Shown: positions 9,121 through 20,913 of the stretch, piece by piece
How the letters are laid out: each line of letters opens with the position of its first letter
Numbering within the stretch: the stretch's first letter is position 1
Assembly (NCBI GenBank): GCA_023247445.1
Contig: JAHFGL010000005.1
Coordinates: 11,087-75,086 of the forward strand
Length of the DNA stretch: 64,000 nucleotides
DNA from: Candidatus Omnitrophota bacterium
Lineage (GTDB): Bacteria > Omnitrophota > Gorgyraeia > Zapsychrales > Zapsychraceae
Direction: 5' to 3'
Position numbers and translations under genes: made by a program
The notes under the pieces: generated by a model
Databases searched by the model: none
Told to the model about the DNA's origin: nothing
What the model saw: only the letters and a program-made list of their open reading frames with translations

Positions 9121-10332
9121 CTACGGCAGCACACCCGTTTTAGAAACCTGGCCCAATTTCTTTGCACTTTCCTTAACCGTTCTCTTCTGCGTTTTATAAT
9201 CGATGTCAATCAAGCCAAACCGCGGACCAAAACCTTTGTCCCATTCAAAATTATCTAACAGCGACCAATAAAGATAGCCCTTCACATTAACGCCTTCTTC
9301 CATCGCACGATGAATACTCTTTAAATGATCAGACACAAATTCCCATCGCAGATTGTCGTCAGCAGTGCAAATCCCATTTTCGGTGATAAGGACCGGGAGA
9401 TTATATTTCTTGAGCTTTAAAAGAATCTGATACAGCCCCTCTGGATAAATATCCCAACCCAAGGAATTCTTCTTAACCGGATCATGATTCTTTTTGCAAA
9501 CGTCCCACAATAGACTTCCAATCCACCAACTTTCTGTATCGACTAATTGCCGCGAATAATAATTGAGTCCAATAAAATCCATACTGTGTTTTATTTTGTT
9601 CAAAATCTCAAAATTATATAACCAATCACGCAGGTAAACGGCAAAACGATTTCGCGCACTCGACAAACATGGAACAAGCGCCGAGATATGTTGGGCGATA
9701 CTAACAGCTGGTTTTCCCAAGTTTGATTCTTTATAAATTTTATGAATGAGCGCATAAGCTTTAATGTGAGCCACAATAAGATGATCATGAACCGCCCGCG
9801 CCCGCCAATTCGACTTTGCCTGCGGCGGCCAAAAGCCAAACATGTACGAATGGGAAATAAATATCGTTGGCTCATTAATTGTCATCCAATAACGAACATA
9901 AGGAGCTAGCGCCCGTGTCACAACATCGCAATACCGTAAAAAACAATCAACAGACTTCTTGTTTTCCCAGCCGCCCAACTTACTAAACCAAATCGGATTC
10001 GTAAAATGATGCAGCGTAACCATCGGCTCGATGTTTCGTGCACGCAACGCTAAAATGACATCGATATAATGTTTTATTTCTACTTCTGAAAACTTTCCTT
10101 CCTCCGGTTCGATGCGGCTCCATTCGATGGAAAGCCGATGAGCATTGTGATTGAGTTCTTTGGCTAAATCAAAATCCTGATTATACAGTTCGTAGTGACG
10201 GCAGGCCTCCCCGGAATTGACATGTCCGACCTTCTTTTCCCATGGCCACCAATCAGCGTTAGAATTATTTCCTTCGACCTGATAAGAAGAAGTTGCAGCG
10301 CCCCAAAAGAAATCTTGCGGAAATTTAAACAT
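9121..10332 (-). CDS. GH1 beta-glucosidase
   Basis: FPQDFFWGAATSSYQVEG N-terminus and ITENG nucleophile motif. Confidence 0.9.
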   Translation of the reverse strand: MFKFPQDFFWGAATSSYQVEGNNSNADWWPWEKKVGHVNSGEACRHYELYNQDFDLAKELNHNAHRLSIEWSRIEPEEGKFSEVEIKHYIDVILALRARNIEPMVTLHHFTNPIWFSKLGGWENKKSVDCFLRYCDVVTRALAPYVRYWMTINEPTIFISHSYMFGFWPPQAKSNWRARAVHDHLIVAHIKAYALIHKIYKESNLGKPAVSIAQHISALVPCLSSARNRFAVYLRDWLYNFEILNKIKHSMDFIGLNYYSRQLVDTESWWIGSLLWDVCKKNHDPVKKNSLGWDIYPEGLYQILLKLKKYNLPVLITENGICTADDNLRWEFVSDHLKSIHRAMEEGVNVKGYLYWSLLDNFEWDKGFGPRFGLIDIDYKTQKRTVKESAKKLGQVSKTGVLP

Positions 10333-10448
10333 AGCAAATTATAACATCACCCAAAAGAAATCTGCCAAAATATATTTATTTAAGTCGAGAGAAAGTGTAA
10401 GTTATATGTATAAGATTTTTAATAAGACTTATTCAGAAAACTTACCAG

Positions 10449-11111
10449 ATGGTTGAGCCCCAAGAGAGCAAAGCAGTCATGAAGAATGTTGCTTCTCTTT
10501 CATGGCTACAAGTCATAACGTATCTGTTGCCGATTATCATCCGGCCCTATCTTTTTAGAACAATCGGGGCAGAAAAGCTTGGACTTTTGACCAACAATAC
10601 GCTCACAGGATTCTATTGCAGAAAGAATTGCCAATGCCGTCTGGACATTTCGCTAACGGCTTTTTCCCAAGCGATTTTTCCACGCTTAAGTAAAATGTTT
10701 CACAAAAACAAAATGCTGGCGTTAAAAATTATGCAACAAATCCAACTAATCACGATCATTATCTCTTTAATTTTCTTACCACTAATCTTTATCTTTGCAG
10801 ATTTCGTTGTCAAGGCTATCTGCGGTAAGGATTACCCTACGACCGTTTTATCCTTGAGACTTTTACTAGTCTCTGTATTTTTTATTAACTCCAATGCCTT
10901 TCGTGTACAATTTTTATTGGTAGCGGGCAAGACACATACCTATTCCAATATTCATATCATGATGGCCATGATCGGTCTTCCCTTAATATTTCTCTTAATA
11001 TATTCTTATTCTTATATTGAGGCAGGAATTTTTACGATGACCTATTTTGCGGTAAGAAAACTGACCTTCCAAATGGAGCCCACAGTTAAAGCTGTGGCAC
11101 CTTCTAAATGA
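10449..11111 (+). pseudogene. Truncated Wzx-like polysaccharide flippase fragment (C-terminal ~5 TM only)
   Basis: 220-aa ORF resembling the middle/C-terminal TM region of oligosaccharide flippases. Only ~115 nt lie upstream before the GH1 gene, so the N-terminal half is absent. Confidence 0.4.
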
Positions 11112-11225
11112 CCCATCTTCGCTCCAACAGTTTTGTTTAGGAGCTTCGCCGGGTTCATCCGCCTTTTTTAAATAACGGCGAACATCCGCCGTAGCCAAAC
11201 GTAGAAACATTTTGGCAAAGGCGGA

Positions 11226-11256
11226 TGAAAAAGCCTGATCTTTATAGATCAGGCTT
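11226..11256. terminator. Bidirectional hairpin aagcctgatc-tttata-gatcaggctt
   Basis: Perfect 10-bp stem, T-rich on both sides. Confidence 0.5.
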
Positions 11257-11304
11257 ATCTAAGCTTTGTTTCTTTTACCTTATCTCGACTTATAATCAGG
11301 GCGG

Positions 11305-11414
11305 CATCAATTTTCCTTATTACAAACAGTTATAATTGATACTGCACTCACTTCTTCTAATAAGATCAAATTGATGCAGTACTCACTACCTTAAAAAGTT
11401 AAGGAGAGTGAGTG
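11305..11414. mobile_element. ~110-nt 'gtcaat' element, copy 1 (divergent): ...attgatactgcactcac...ttctaataag...attgatgcagtactcac + terminal hairpin cactcac/gtgagtg
   Basis: Shares half-sites, spacer and hairpin architecture with copies at 25942-26050 and 39368-39482. It contributes the last 6 codons of the helicase gene. Confidence 0.5.
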
Positions 11415-12637
11415 CGACGCTTATTCCCAGGCTTCAAAAAACTAAATTTATTTTTTGGCCGATGTGGTCCGGATGATGAACTATGGGAGGCTTCTACATT
11501 AGGAACAAACTGATTATTGGGAAATTCTGGACTTTTCGATCTAGGCAAAGACATCTTCATTAGTTTTTCAATCTTCTCAACATCTTCACTTTGAAGAGGT
11601 GTGGCCAGCGTCACTGCGTGTCCAGCACATCCCGCGCGTCCCGCACGACCAATGCGGTGCACATAGTTTTCACTATCATCGGGAATATCATAGTTGATTA
11701 CAAGCTCAATCATGCTCACATCAATGCCTCGGGCAGCGATGTCCGTTGCAACCAAGACTCGATAACGTCCGCGCTTAAAACCTTCCATGGCATCACCACG
11801 CTGACCCATCGAACGATTGGAATGAATCTCGGTGACCTTTTCTCCCATCTGCGCAATACTCCTCGCCACTCTTACGGCTTTTATTTTAGTGCGTATAAAA
11901 ACCAAAACCGGACCGCGATATTTTTTCAAAAGCATTCTCAAGACTTTAACTTTAACCGATTCTTCGACGATAAAGAGTTCCTGACTCAAAGCTTTGGGAG
12001 CCGTTCCAGGCGGGGCCACTTCCACATTAATAGGCATCTGCATATGTGCGGTTGCAAGTTTTACGATATCAACCGGCATCGTTGCTGAAAAAAGCATGGT
12101 CTGTTTTTTCCCGGTCAAGCAACTAAGAATCTTATCAACCTGCGGGGCAAAACCCATATCGAGCATTCGATCAGCTTCATCAAGAACAAGAATTTTAATA
12201 TCGCCAAGATCAAATGTTCCTTGATAAATATGATCAAGTAAACGTCCAGGAGTTGCGATTAGTATGTTTGGATTCTTTCTAAGATCAGCAAGCTGCGGAG
12301 AAATACTAACGCCACCAATTAAAACAACACTCGACATTTTGAATGGACGCAAGATATCTTTGATCGCCTCATGAATTTGAATAGCGAGCTCACGTGTTGG
12401 CACAAGAACCAGCGCCCGTCCACCTTCAGCGGCAAGTCGCTGCACCATCGGGATACCAAACGCTAATGTTTTACCGGTCCCTGTTTGCGCGATGCCGACA
12501 ATATCTTTTCCTTCAAGCGCCAAAGGAATCGCCTTGTGCTGAATTGGCGTCGGGACAACAAACTTCATGCGTTCAAGGACGCTAAGCATATCCGGCGCAA
12601 TTCCTAAATGATAAAAACTTAAATTTGAATCAAGCAT
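11399..12637 (-). CDS. DEAD-box ATP-dependent RNA helicase
   Basis: Q-motif, AQTGTGKT, DEAD, SAT, HRIGRAGR motifs; basic C-terminal tail. Confidence 0.9.
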   Translation of the reverse strand: MLDSNLSFYHLGIAPDMLSVLERMKFVVPTPIQHKAIPLALEGKDIVGIAQTGTGKTLAFGIPMVQRLAAEGGRALVLVPTRELAIQIHEAIKDILRPFKMSSVVLIGGVSISPQLADLRKNPNILIATPGRLLDHIYQGTFDLGDIKILVLDEADRMLDMGFAPQVDKILSCLTGKKQTMLFSATMPVDIVKLATAHMQMPINVEVAPPGTAPKALSQELFIVEESVKVKVLRMLLKKYRGPVLVFIRTKIKAVRVARSIAQMGEKVTEIHSNRSMGQRGDAMEGFKRGRYRVLVATDIAARGIDVSMIELVINYDIPDDSENYVHRIGRAGRAGCAGHAVTLATPLQSEDVEKIEKLMKMSLPRSKSPEFPNNQFVPNVEASHSSSSGPHRPKNKFSFLKPGNKRRTHSP

Positions 12638-12812
12638 AATAATTTTCCTATTAACAATTAAAAGGTTCTTTATTATAGGGATAGAGGGCTGTTTGACCTA
12701 ATGAAATTTTGTTTGGATAAAATAGGATACGTATCTTTTCTAAATCTTAACTATTAACGAGGCAAGTTAACAAAACTACTGGAGATAAATTATCTAAGAA
12801 TTTTCATAATTT

Positions 12813-14033
12813 TTAAAGCCCTTCGGTATAATCCAAATCTTTACCGTGGGTTTCGGCAAGACCAATCAAAGCCAAAAGAGCAACAACAACACAAAATAAC
12901 GCAACGATCCAACCGGCATTAATAATGCCATACGAAACTTTTAAGGATTGAAAGCTTAAGGTAAGCGGCACAACCGATCCGCGAACAAAATTGGGAACCG
13001 TTGTTGCCACCGTTGAACGGATATTCGTCCCAAACTGTTCCGCCGCGATTGTGACAAACACCGCCCAATATCCACTGGCTATTCCAAGCCCTAAACAAAA
13101 TAAATAAAAAATCTCCAAACTTGGCTGGGGATAAAATAAGTACAAGCCCATAAACATAACATTTAACAACATAAAAACAAGAACCGCTTTTTTGCGACTC
13201 CCCCAGATCTGCGACAACGATCCGCTGATTAAGCCTCCCAGTGCAAGTCCAATATAAGCAAACATGACCGCCTTGCCAGCGACTGGCGGCTGCGGCATAT
13301 GCAGCGCCTTACCAAATTCCGGTGAAAAGGTGATCAAGATTCCAACCACAAACCAAAGCGGAATGCCGATTAAGATGCAGCGTAAATATTTTAAAATGTT
13401 GGGCCATGATTTGAAGATAAGCAACAAGCTGCCGCGACGAATATCTGTAGCGGCAACTTGCCGGAACATTCCAGATTCACTCGCTTTAATGCGCAGTAGT
13501 AATAATCCAATCCCCATGCCGCCACCGACAAAATAGGCTGTGCGCCAATCGAACAAATCGCCAACTAAAGCGGCAACGACCGCGCCCAAGATTCCAACGA
13601 CCGACACGACCATAGTTCCGTACGCGCGATTTTCTTTGGACATGACTTCAGAGACAAGTGTAATCCCAGCACCCAGTTCACCAGCTAAACCGATGCCCGC
13701 AATAAAACGTAGCACCGCGTAGGAAGTAACATCATTAACAAAACCATTGGCAATATTCGCCACTGAATACAAACAAATGGATCCTAGCAAAACCGAAAGC
13801 CGCCCGCGTTTGTCACCCAAGATGCCCCAAAAGATTCCACCCAAGAGCATCCCGCTCATTTGCATGTTTAAAAGTAACACCCCCTGCGACAAAAGATCCG
13901 CATCAAGCACGCCGATTGCTTTTAAACTCTTCACCCTCACAATACTAAAAAGGATCAAATCGTAGATATCAACAAAGTATCCCAGCGCGGCGAGAAGGAT
14001 GGATGAAGAAATGACGTTTTGTTTTTTCATCAT
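12813..14033 (-). CDS. MFS transporter
   Basis: 406 aa with the typical 12-TM topology. Confidence 0.8.
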   Translation of the reverse strand: MMKKQNVISSSILLAALGYFVDIYDLILFSIVRVKSLKAIGVLDADLLSQGVLLLNMQMSGMLLGGIFWGILGDKRGRLSVLLGSICLYSVANIANGFVNDVTSYAVLRFIAGIGLAGELGAGITLVSEVMSKENRAYGTMVVSVVGILGAVVAALVGDLFDWRTAYFVGGGMGIGLLLLRIKASESGMFRQVAATDIRRGSLLLIFKSWPNILKYLRCILIGIPLWFVVGILITFSPEFGKALHMPQPPVAGKAVMFAYIGLALGGLISGSLSQIWGSRKKAVLVFMLLNVMFMGLYLFYPQPSLEIFYLFCLGLGIASGYWAVFVTIAAEQFGTNIRSTVATTVPNFVRGSVVPLTLSFQSLKVSYGIINAGWIVALFCVVVALLALIGLAETHGKDLDYTEGL

Positions 14034-14060
14034 TTAATTTGAACCTTAACTAATCTCGAT

Positions 14061-14672
14061 TTATATTTTTTCTTTTATCTCTTTCGGTGCGATGATGCCA
14101 ACGGAAACAATCGCTTTTAAAGTTTCTTCGATCGTCCAGCCCGGATCGACCGTTTGAGAGGCTTTAACCACCAAAACAAAACCAGATCCCGGCGTTGGCG
14201 CCGTTGGAGCAAGAACAAATAAATACTCTTCTTTTGTTTTAGGGTCGATCAACGAATTCATCACAAAAGCAGGCACCATAATTCCGGTATCATTAAGTTT
14301 AACCAAGACAGCTTTTTTAAAAGCCTGTTTTTCTGAATCAACGGCCGAAAGACCATGTGACAATTGTTTACCTATTCCATAAATTGTCTTAATAAGCGGA
14401 ATCCGCTGACTTATTCCGTCAATAAATCTGAGAAACTGACGGCCAACGATGTTACTAAGAATCAAGCCTAAAAGATAAAGGAAAATCAGAACCAACAAAA
14501 CACCTAATCCTGGGATGTGACGAACTTGAATAAAATTATTCAAAAATCCCACAATTCTTTTATCAATTAATACATACAGCAGTTGAAGGGCAAAGGCACA
14601 CAACAAAATAGGAATAATACCAATCAACCCACGAAAGATGTACATACGTGCATGTGTAATAAAATTTTTCAT
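14061..14672 (-). CDS. DUF502-family membrane protein
   Basis: N-terminal TM helices and PTAPTPGSGF motif. Confidence 0.6.
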   Translation of the reverse strand: MKNFITHARMYIFRGLIGIIPILLCAFALQLLYVLIDKRIVGFLNNFIQVRHIPGLGVLLVLIFLYLLGLILSNIVGRQFLRFIDGISQRIPLIKTIYGIGKQLSHGLSAVDSEKQAFKKAVLVKLNDTGIMVPAFVMNSLIDPKTKEEYLFVLAPTAPTPGSGFVLVVKASQTVDPGWTIEETLKAIVSVGIIAPKEIKEKI

Positions 14673-14679
14673 TTTCTCC

Positions 14680-15225
14680 TTATCTCCTCATAGTCGATGT
14701 TGTTTCCACCAGTGATTTTAATTGCGCCAGACCCTTCTCAAATTGGTCGCCGACCATTTTTTCGCAGTTCATAAATAAACCGATGGCCTTGGCCATAAAA
14801 TTATTTTTGCCGGACATTGTCCATGTCACAACCGTTTGATTTCCTTCCGACTTAAACGTAAACAGCGTATCGTTTGTGGCGGTAAAAGGCTTGATAAATT
14901 CAAGTTTAATTCGGATGAGCTCACTACCCATACTTTCTGTAATTGTCATGCGTCCCTCACCGATCTCGTTATTCCCAACCCAAGAATAGATAGCTCCAAC
15001 ACCCAAAGGCGCACCCTCGAAACTTTTTTTCATCGCCGGATCTATTTTCTCCCACGGGGACCATTGTGCCCAATGGCGAAAATCATTAACCTGGGCAAAT
15101 ACAGTCGGTGCCGCAGCAGCAATCGTAATACTTCGCTCTACCTTAAACTCCGATGGTTGCATGGAAACAATAACACTAAAAATAATAACAATGGCGACAA
15201 AAATGATAAAAAATTTTTTAAGCAT
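14680..15225 (-). CDS. SRPBCC-fold (polyketide cyclase/AHSA1-like) protein with N-terminal TM/signal
   Basis: 181 aa; weak family-level resemblance. Confidence 0.5.
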   Translation of the reverse strand: MLKKFFIIFVAIVIIFSVIVSMQPSEFKVERSITIAAAAPTVFAQVNDFRHWAQWSPWEKIDPAMKKSFEGAPLGVGAIYSWVGNNEIGEGRMTITESMGSELIRIKLEFIKPFTATNDTLFTFKSEGNQTVVTWTMSGKNNFMAKAIGLFMNCEKMVGDQFEKGLAQLKSLVETTSTMRR

Positions 15226-15548
15226 AATAATTTTTCTCCCTTATATGTTCTTATGTAATTATTCGACAACAGTGATTGGCACAGATGGGATTATAACAAA
15301 GGTCTTAAAATTGGGAAGGAGAAATTAGTTACACACTTAGCCTGTAACAATCCTCACGCTGTTATGGCAACTAAAAATATAAAGAACGGCCTTCGTTCTG
15401 ACTCAGCTAACTGGTTGTGCACTTGGAGGGCAAAGGAGAACTGGTTGCCCTCACGCTCTTCTTTAGTAGCGAATGCTGGGATTTCGATTTTGGTTGCGCA
15501 CTTGGTTTTTCTTTTATCTTTGGAAACCAAGTACTGCAACCAGCTTCT

Positions 15549-15597
15549 CTAAAAAGGAAAAGGGACGTTATCCATGATAACGTCCCTTTTATTGAAG
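15549..15597. terminator. Bidirectional intrinsic terminator (agggacgttatc-cat-gataacgtccct) 3' of tRNA-fMet
   Basis: 12-bp stem flanked by T-runs on both strands. Confidence 0.75.
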
Positions 15598-15598
15598 C

Positions 15599-15675
<77 letters not shown>

Positions 15676-15833
15676 CAATATGTGCTTCTTTAAGTAAGAA
15701 GCAAAAATATCTATTCCGGGGAAGCACATATTGCGCGGGACTATTTTCTGAAACCTTCGTTTTCAGAAAAGTTGCCCCGCGGCTCTATTTGCTTCTTTGG
15801 AATTAGAAAATTTATTTAAAGAACAATTAATTT

Positions 15834-16109
15834 TTACTTCGTCGCATTGGCTGGTGACATGCGATAAATCATTTCGCCTTCTTTAATAAGCCCCATCTTC
15901 TCCCGCGCAACCTTCTCGACATACGCGGGATCATTATCTAACCGATATTTCTCAACCAGAAGCTCATTATTTTTTTGCTTTAGATGCTTAATCTCTTCTA
16001 AATATTTTCTGTTCTTTTCCTTCAAATCCTGCATCTGCGTAAACGACGGCAGAAAATATAACAACACCAAAAAACAAATTGTGAACAACCCGATTGCGTT
16101 CTTAATCAT
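15834..16109 (-). CDS. ftsB: Septum formation initiator FtsB/DivIC-like
   Basis: N-terminal TM followed by a coiled coil (LKEKNRKYLEEIKHLKQKNNELLVEK). Confidence 0.75.
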   Translation of the reverse strand: MIKNAIGLFTICFLVLLYFLPSFTQMQDLKEKNRKYLEEIKHLKQKNNELLVEKYRLDNDPAYVEKVAREKMGLIKEGEMIYRMSPANATK

Positions 16110-16124
16110 TCTAGAGTTTAGGGT

Positions 16125-17423
<1,299 letters not shown>

Positions 17424-17622
17424 TTAATCTGATGTAAAAGATTAGTCGCCAAATTAACATAGTTTATCTCTAAAGTCAAGCGCCAAGACTTAGATGCTGT
17501 GCAAGTTAAGACAAATTTGCCGCCAGCCGCTATATTCAAGAATTTATGATATACTTTACTCTAGTATCATGATAAATTATGAAATTAATTGAACAGCTAA
17601 TAATTTAAAGAAAGAATAAAAC

Positions 17623-20600
17623 ATGCAAAAGATTATTATTTGGCTCAAAATTAATTGGTTAAAAATCCTTCTAATCGTCCTCTTTACCCTACTTCTCGCC
17701 AGCCTTATTGCCTATTGTACCTATATCTACCAAAGCTACCTTGGCCTTGAAAATTTTACAAAAAAACAAGTCGCGGGTACGCAGGCGATGTACATGCCGA
17801 TGATGGTGTTTTCTCAACTTCTTACGCTTCCTTTTGTCTTTGCGATGTATTACTACATCATGACGGGCGGCGGCGCTGGAACGTTTAAAAAACCCGAAGT
17901 TTCTAAAATGAATGTCAAATGGAGCGACATTATTGGCATGGAAGAAGCCAAAAAAGATGCGCTAGAAGTTATCCGATTTCTTAAAGATCACTCGATGCAA
18001 AAGGCTATTGGTGGAAATGTTATCAAGGGAACCATTCTTCTTGGACCTCCAGGTTGCGGGAAAACATATTTGGCCAAGGCGATCGCCACCGAATGTGGAC
18101 TTCCCATGATCTCAGCGACAGGAAGTGATTTTGTGGCGATGTATATGGGTCAAGGGGCCGCAAGAATGAAATCCCTTTTTAAGCAGGCCCGCTCTGAAGC
18201 TAAAATCCATGGCGGATGTATTATTTTTATCGATGAAATCGATGCCTTTGCCCGTCCCCGCCAGCAAGAAATGGGCGGTGGGGCAACAACATCCCACAAT
18301 GCCACCATCAATCAATTTCTAACTGAATTTGATGGGTTACGCAAAAAAGAAAATAACATTATTGTTCTGGCCGCCTCCAATGTTGAAGAAGATGAACTCG
18401 ACCCAGCGATTATGCGATCCGGTCGCTTTGATCGAAAAATTTATGTTGAGAAACCAAACGCTCGAGAACGTGAAGCCTTAATCAAATTTTATCTTTCGAA
18501 AGTTGAAGCAGATAAAAATCTTGATATTGGATTGTTTGCCGAAAAGGCGCAATGGTTCTCCCCTTCCGATATCTATAACATGATTCGAGAAGCCGGAGTC
18601 ATTGCCATTAGAAATAATCATAAAGCTATTGCCAACGAAGATTTAAATGCTGGTCTACAGCGTGTCATATCCTCAATTGAAAAAACTGGTGGAGCAAAAA
18701 TCCTAAGCCAGAAGGTCAATATTAAGTGGGATCAATTAATTGGCATGGAAGAAACAAAAAAGGATGCGTGGGAAATTGTAGAACTTTTGCGTGATCGCCA
18801 TCGCTTAAAAGTGATCGGCGGCCAAATTATTAAAGGTGTCATCATGATCGGCCCGCCGGGATGCGGCAAAACTTATTTGGCTAAGGCCATGGCGACCGAA
18901 TCAGGTTTTCCCTTTATGACCGCCACAGGTGGAGAATTCACAGGCAAATATTGGGGTTCTGGCGTTGAAAGGATTAAAGAATTATTTAAAGAAGCCCGTA
19001 AACTGGCCAAGACCGAAGGCGGATGCATCATCTTTATCGATGAGATCGACGCGCTCATTCGTCCGCGCGAGCAAAAAGGAGTTGAACCCGGGGGTGATCG
19101 TCATTCCAACGCTACCGTCAATCAGTTTCTATCAGAAATGGACGGTCTAAAAAATATGGATGAAGGAAATGTCGTTGTCTTGGCGGCAACTAACGTCGAT
19201 GAAGGAAATCTTGATGAAGCGGTGCTGCGCTCAGGACGATTTGATCGCAAGATTTATTTCAGCAAACCTTCTTCAAAAGACAGAGAAAAATTACTCCAAT
19301 ATTATCTTTCTAAAATAAAAACAGATGAAACCGTAAATATTCCCCACCTTGCGGATAAAGCCAAATGGTTTTCAGCCGCTGATATTAATAATATGGTCAG
19401 AGAGTCCGGCATTTTAGCTTTACGAGAAAAACGAGAAATTATCTCAATGGACGATTTAGAAAAAGCGCTGGATCGTGTCATGATATCGATTGAACACACG
19501 GGTGAAAATAAAATCCTTGGCAACAAAGTCAATGTTAAGTGGGATGAAGTCATTGGCATGAACGATGCCAAAGAAGAAGCCTGGGAAATTGTTAAATTAC
19601 TTAAAGACCGAAATATGGTCAAAGCCGTCGGAGGAAAAATCGTTAAAGGTGTCATTATGTTTGGTCCTCCCGGCTGCGGGAAAACATATTTGGCTAAGGC
19701 CATGGCGACAGAAGCTGGATTTCCATTTATGACTGCCCAGGGAAGCGATCTTGTTGGTGTTTGGGTGGGTGAAGGCGCCAGAAAGATGAAAGATATTTTC
19801 AAAGAAGCTCGAGCGATGGCCCGCGCCGAAGGCGGATGTATCATCTTCTTTGATGAAATAGATTCTTTCGCAACCCCGCGTGGAAAAGATATGGGCGGCG
19901 GCGGAATGACAAGTCACAACGCCGCGATCAATCAATTCTTGACAGAGCTCGATGGGTTAAGACAGCAGGAAAATAATATTTTTGTTTTAGCGGCCACAAA
20001 TGTGAAAGAAAAAGATCTCGACCCTGCTATCTTAAGGGCCGGAAGAATTGAAAGAAAAATTTATATCAAACGCCCCAACCTCCAAGAGAGAACAGATTTG
20101 CTCAATTTTTATTTGGCTAAAGTAAAAATTAATGCGGGTGTCGAGGCAAAAGCCTGGGCACGGATTGCGGTTGGATTTACACCGTCTGAAATTGATAATT
20201 TAATCCGTGAGGCAGGACTTTTGGCTTTACGCAACAATAGGGATACTATCAACCAAACCGATATGACGGAAGCTTATGATCGAATTACAATCGGGTCATT
20301 ATCCAACGCACGTTATTCGGAAAAAGAAAAAACCATGACGGCCTATCATGAAGCCGGGCACGCCATCATGACCTATCTCATCCATCCTACCGACGAAGTC
20401 ATCAAAGCAACCATTAGGCCTCGCAAGGATTACTTGGGATACATTTATTATCGTCAGGCGGACGATTTTGAACCAGGAGCTTCCAATATAGAAGAAGAAC
20501 TCGCTAAAATTAAAATTTCTATAGCTGGTTATGCTGCTGAAAAAATTGTTTATGGAACAGTGACCACAGGTGTTTGGGGCGATTTCCAACATATCATGCA

Positions 20601-20913
20601 ATATGCGCATCGTATGGTCTGGGAATTAGGCATGGGTAAATCTGGATTTCTTGGCAACTTTCTTTCCATTGGCTCACAACATGGAGAGCTTTATATGTCT
20701 GAGAAAACAAAAGAGACATTGGATAATGATGTGCAACAAATATTACAATCAAGCCTCAAAGAAACGATGGACATTCTGACCAAACATAGAGATCTGTTGG
20801 ATTATTTTACTCAAGAACTTTTGAAAAAAGGTGATTTGCAATATGACGAGATCGTTGCCATATTTGATAAATTTGGATTAAAGCCGCTGACAAGACCACC
20901 CAAGGTCTCGTAA
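17623..20913 (+). CDS. FtsH-like membrane metalloprotease with three tandem complete AAA+ modules and one M41 peptidase domain (HEAGH)
   Basis: 2 N-terminal TM helices, no periplasmic domain. Three ~250-aa modules each carry Walker A GPPGCGKTYLAKA, Walker B IIF(I/F)DEID, an aromatic pore loop (MYMG / KYWG / VWVG) and an SRH/arginine finger (SGRFDRK x2, AGRIERK). The C-terminal part has HEAGHAIM. A TTCAAG...TATACT promoter lies upstream. Confidence 0.85.
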   Translation: MQKIIIWLKINWLKILLIVLFTLLLASLIAYCTYIYQSYLGLENFTKKQVAGTQAMYMPMMVFSQLLTLPFVFAMYYYIMTGGGAGTFKKPEVSKMNVKWSDIIGMEEAKKDALEVIRFLKDHSMQKAIGGNVIKGTILLGPPGCGKTYLAKAIATECGLPMISATGSDFVAMYMGQGAARMKSLFKQARSEAKIHGGCIIFIDEIDAFARPRQQEMGGGATTSHNATINQFLTEFDGLRKKENNIIVLAASNVEEDELDPAIMRSGRFDRKIYVEKPNAREREALIKFYLSKVEADKNLDIGLFAEKAQWFSPSDIYNMIREAGVIAIRNNHKAIANEDLNAGLQRVISSIEKTGGAKILSQKVNIKWDQLIGMEETKKDAWEIVELLRDRHRLKVIGGQIIKGVIMIGPPGCGKTYLAKAMATESGFPFMTATGGEFTGKYWGSGVERIKELFKEARKLAKTEGGCIIFIDEIDALIRPREQKGVEPGGDRHSNATVNQFLSEMDGLKNMDEGNVVVLAATNVDEGNLDEAVLRSGRFDRKIYFSKPSSKDREKLLQYYLSKIKTDETVNIPHLADKAKWFSAADINNMVRESGILALREKREIISMDDLEKALDRVMISIEHTGENKILGNKVNVKWDEVIGMNDAKEEAWEIVKLLKDRNMVKAVGGKIVKGVIMFGPPGCGKTYLAKAMATEAGFPFMTAQGSDLVGVWVGEGARKMKDIFKEARAMARAEGGCIIFFDEIDSFATPRGKDMGGGGMTSHNAAINQFLTELDGLRQQENNIFVLAATNVKEKDLDPAILRAGRIERKIYIKRPNLQERTDLLNFYLAKVKINAGVEAKAWARIAVGFTPSEIDNLIREAGLLALRNNRDTINQTDMTEAYDRITIGSLSNARYSEKEKTMTAYHEAGHAIMTYLIHPTDEVIKATIRPRKDYLGYIYYRQADDFEPGASNIEEELAKIKISIAGYAAEKIVYGTVTTGVWGDFQHIMQYAHRMVWELGMGKSGFLGNFLSIGSQHGELYMSEKTKETLDNDVQQILQSSLKETMDILTKHRDLLDYFTQELLKKGDLQYDEIVAIFDKFGLKPLTRPPKVS

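Noticed and set aside
18112-19935. Several 60-180-aa ORFs on the minus strand inside the FtsH-like gene (18112..18315, 18873..19058, 19302..19844, 19597..19935)
   Set aside because: They are antisense to a strongly supported CDS, have low-complexity Pro/Ser/Ala-rich translations, and have no RBS
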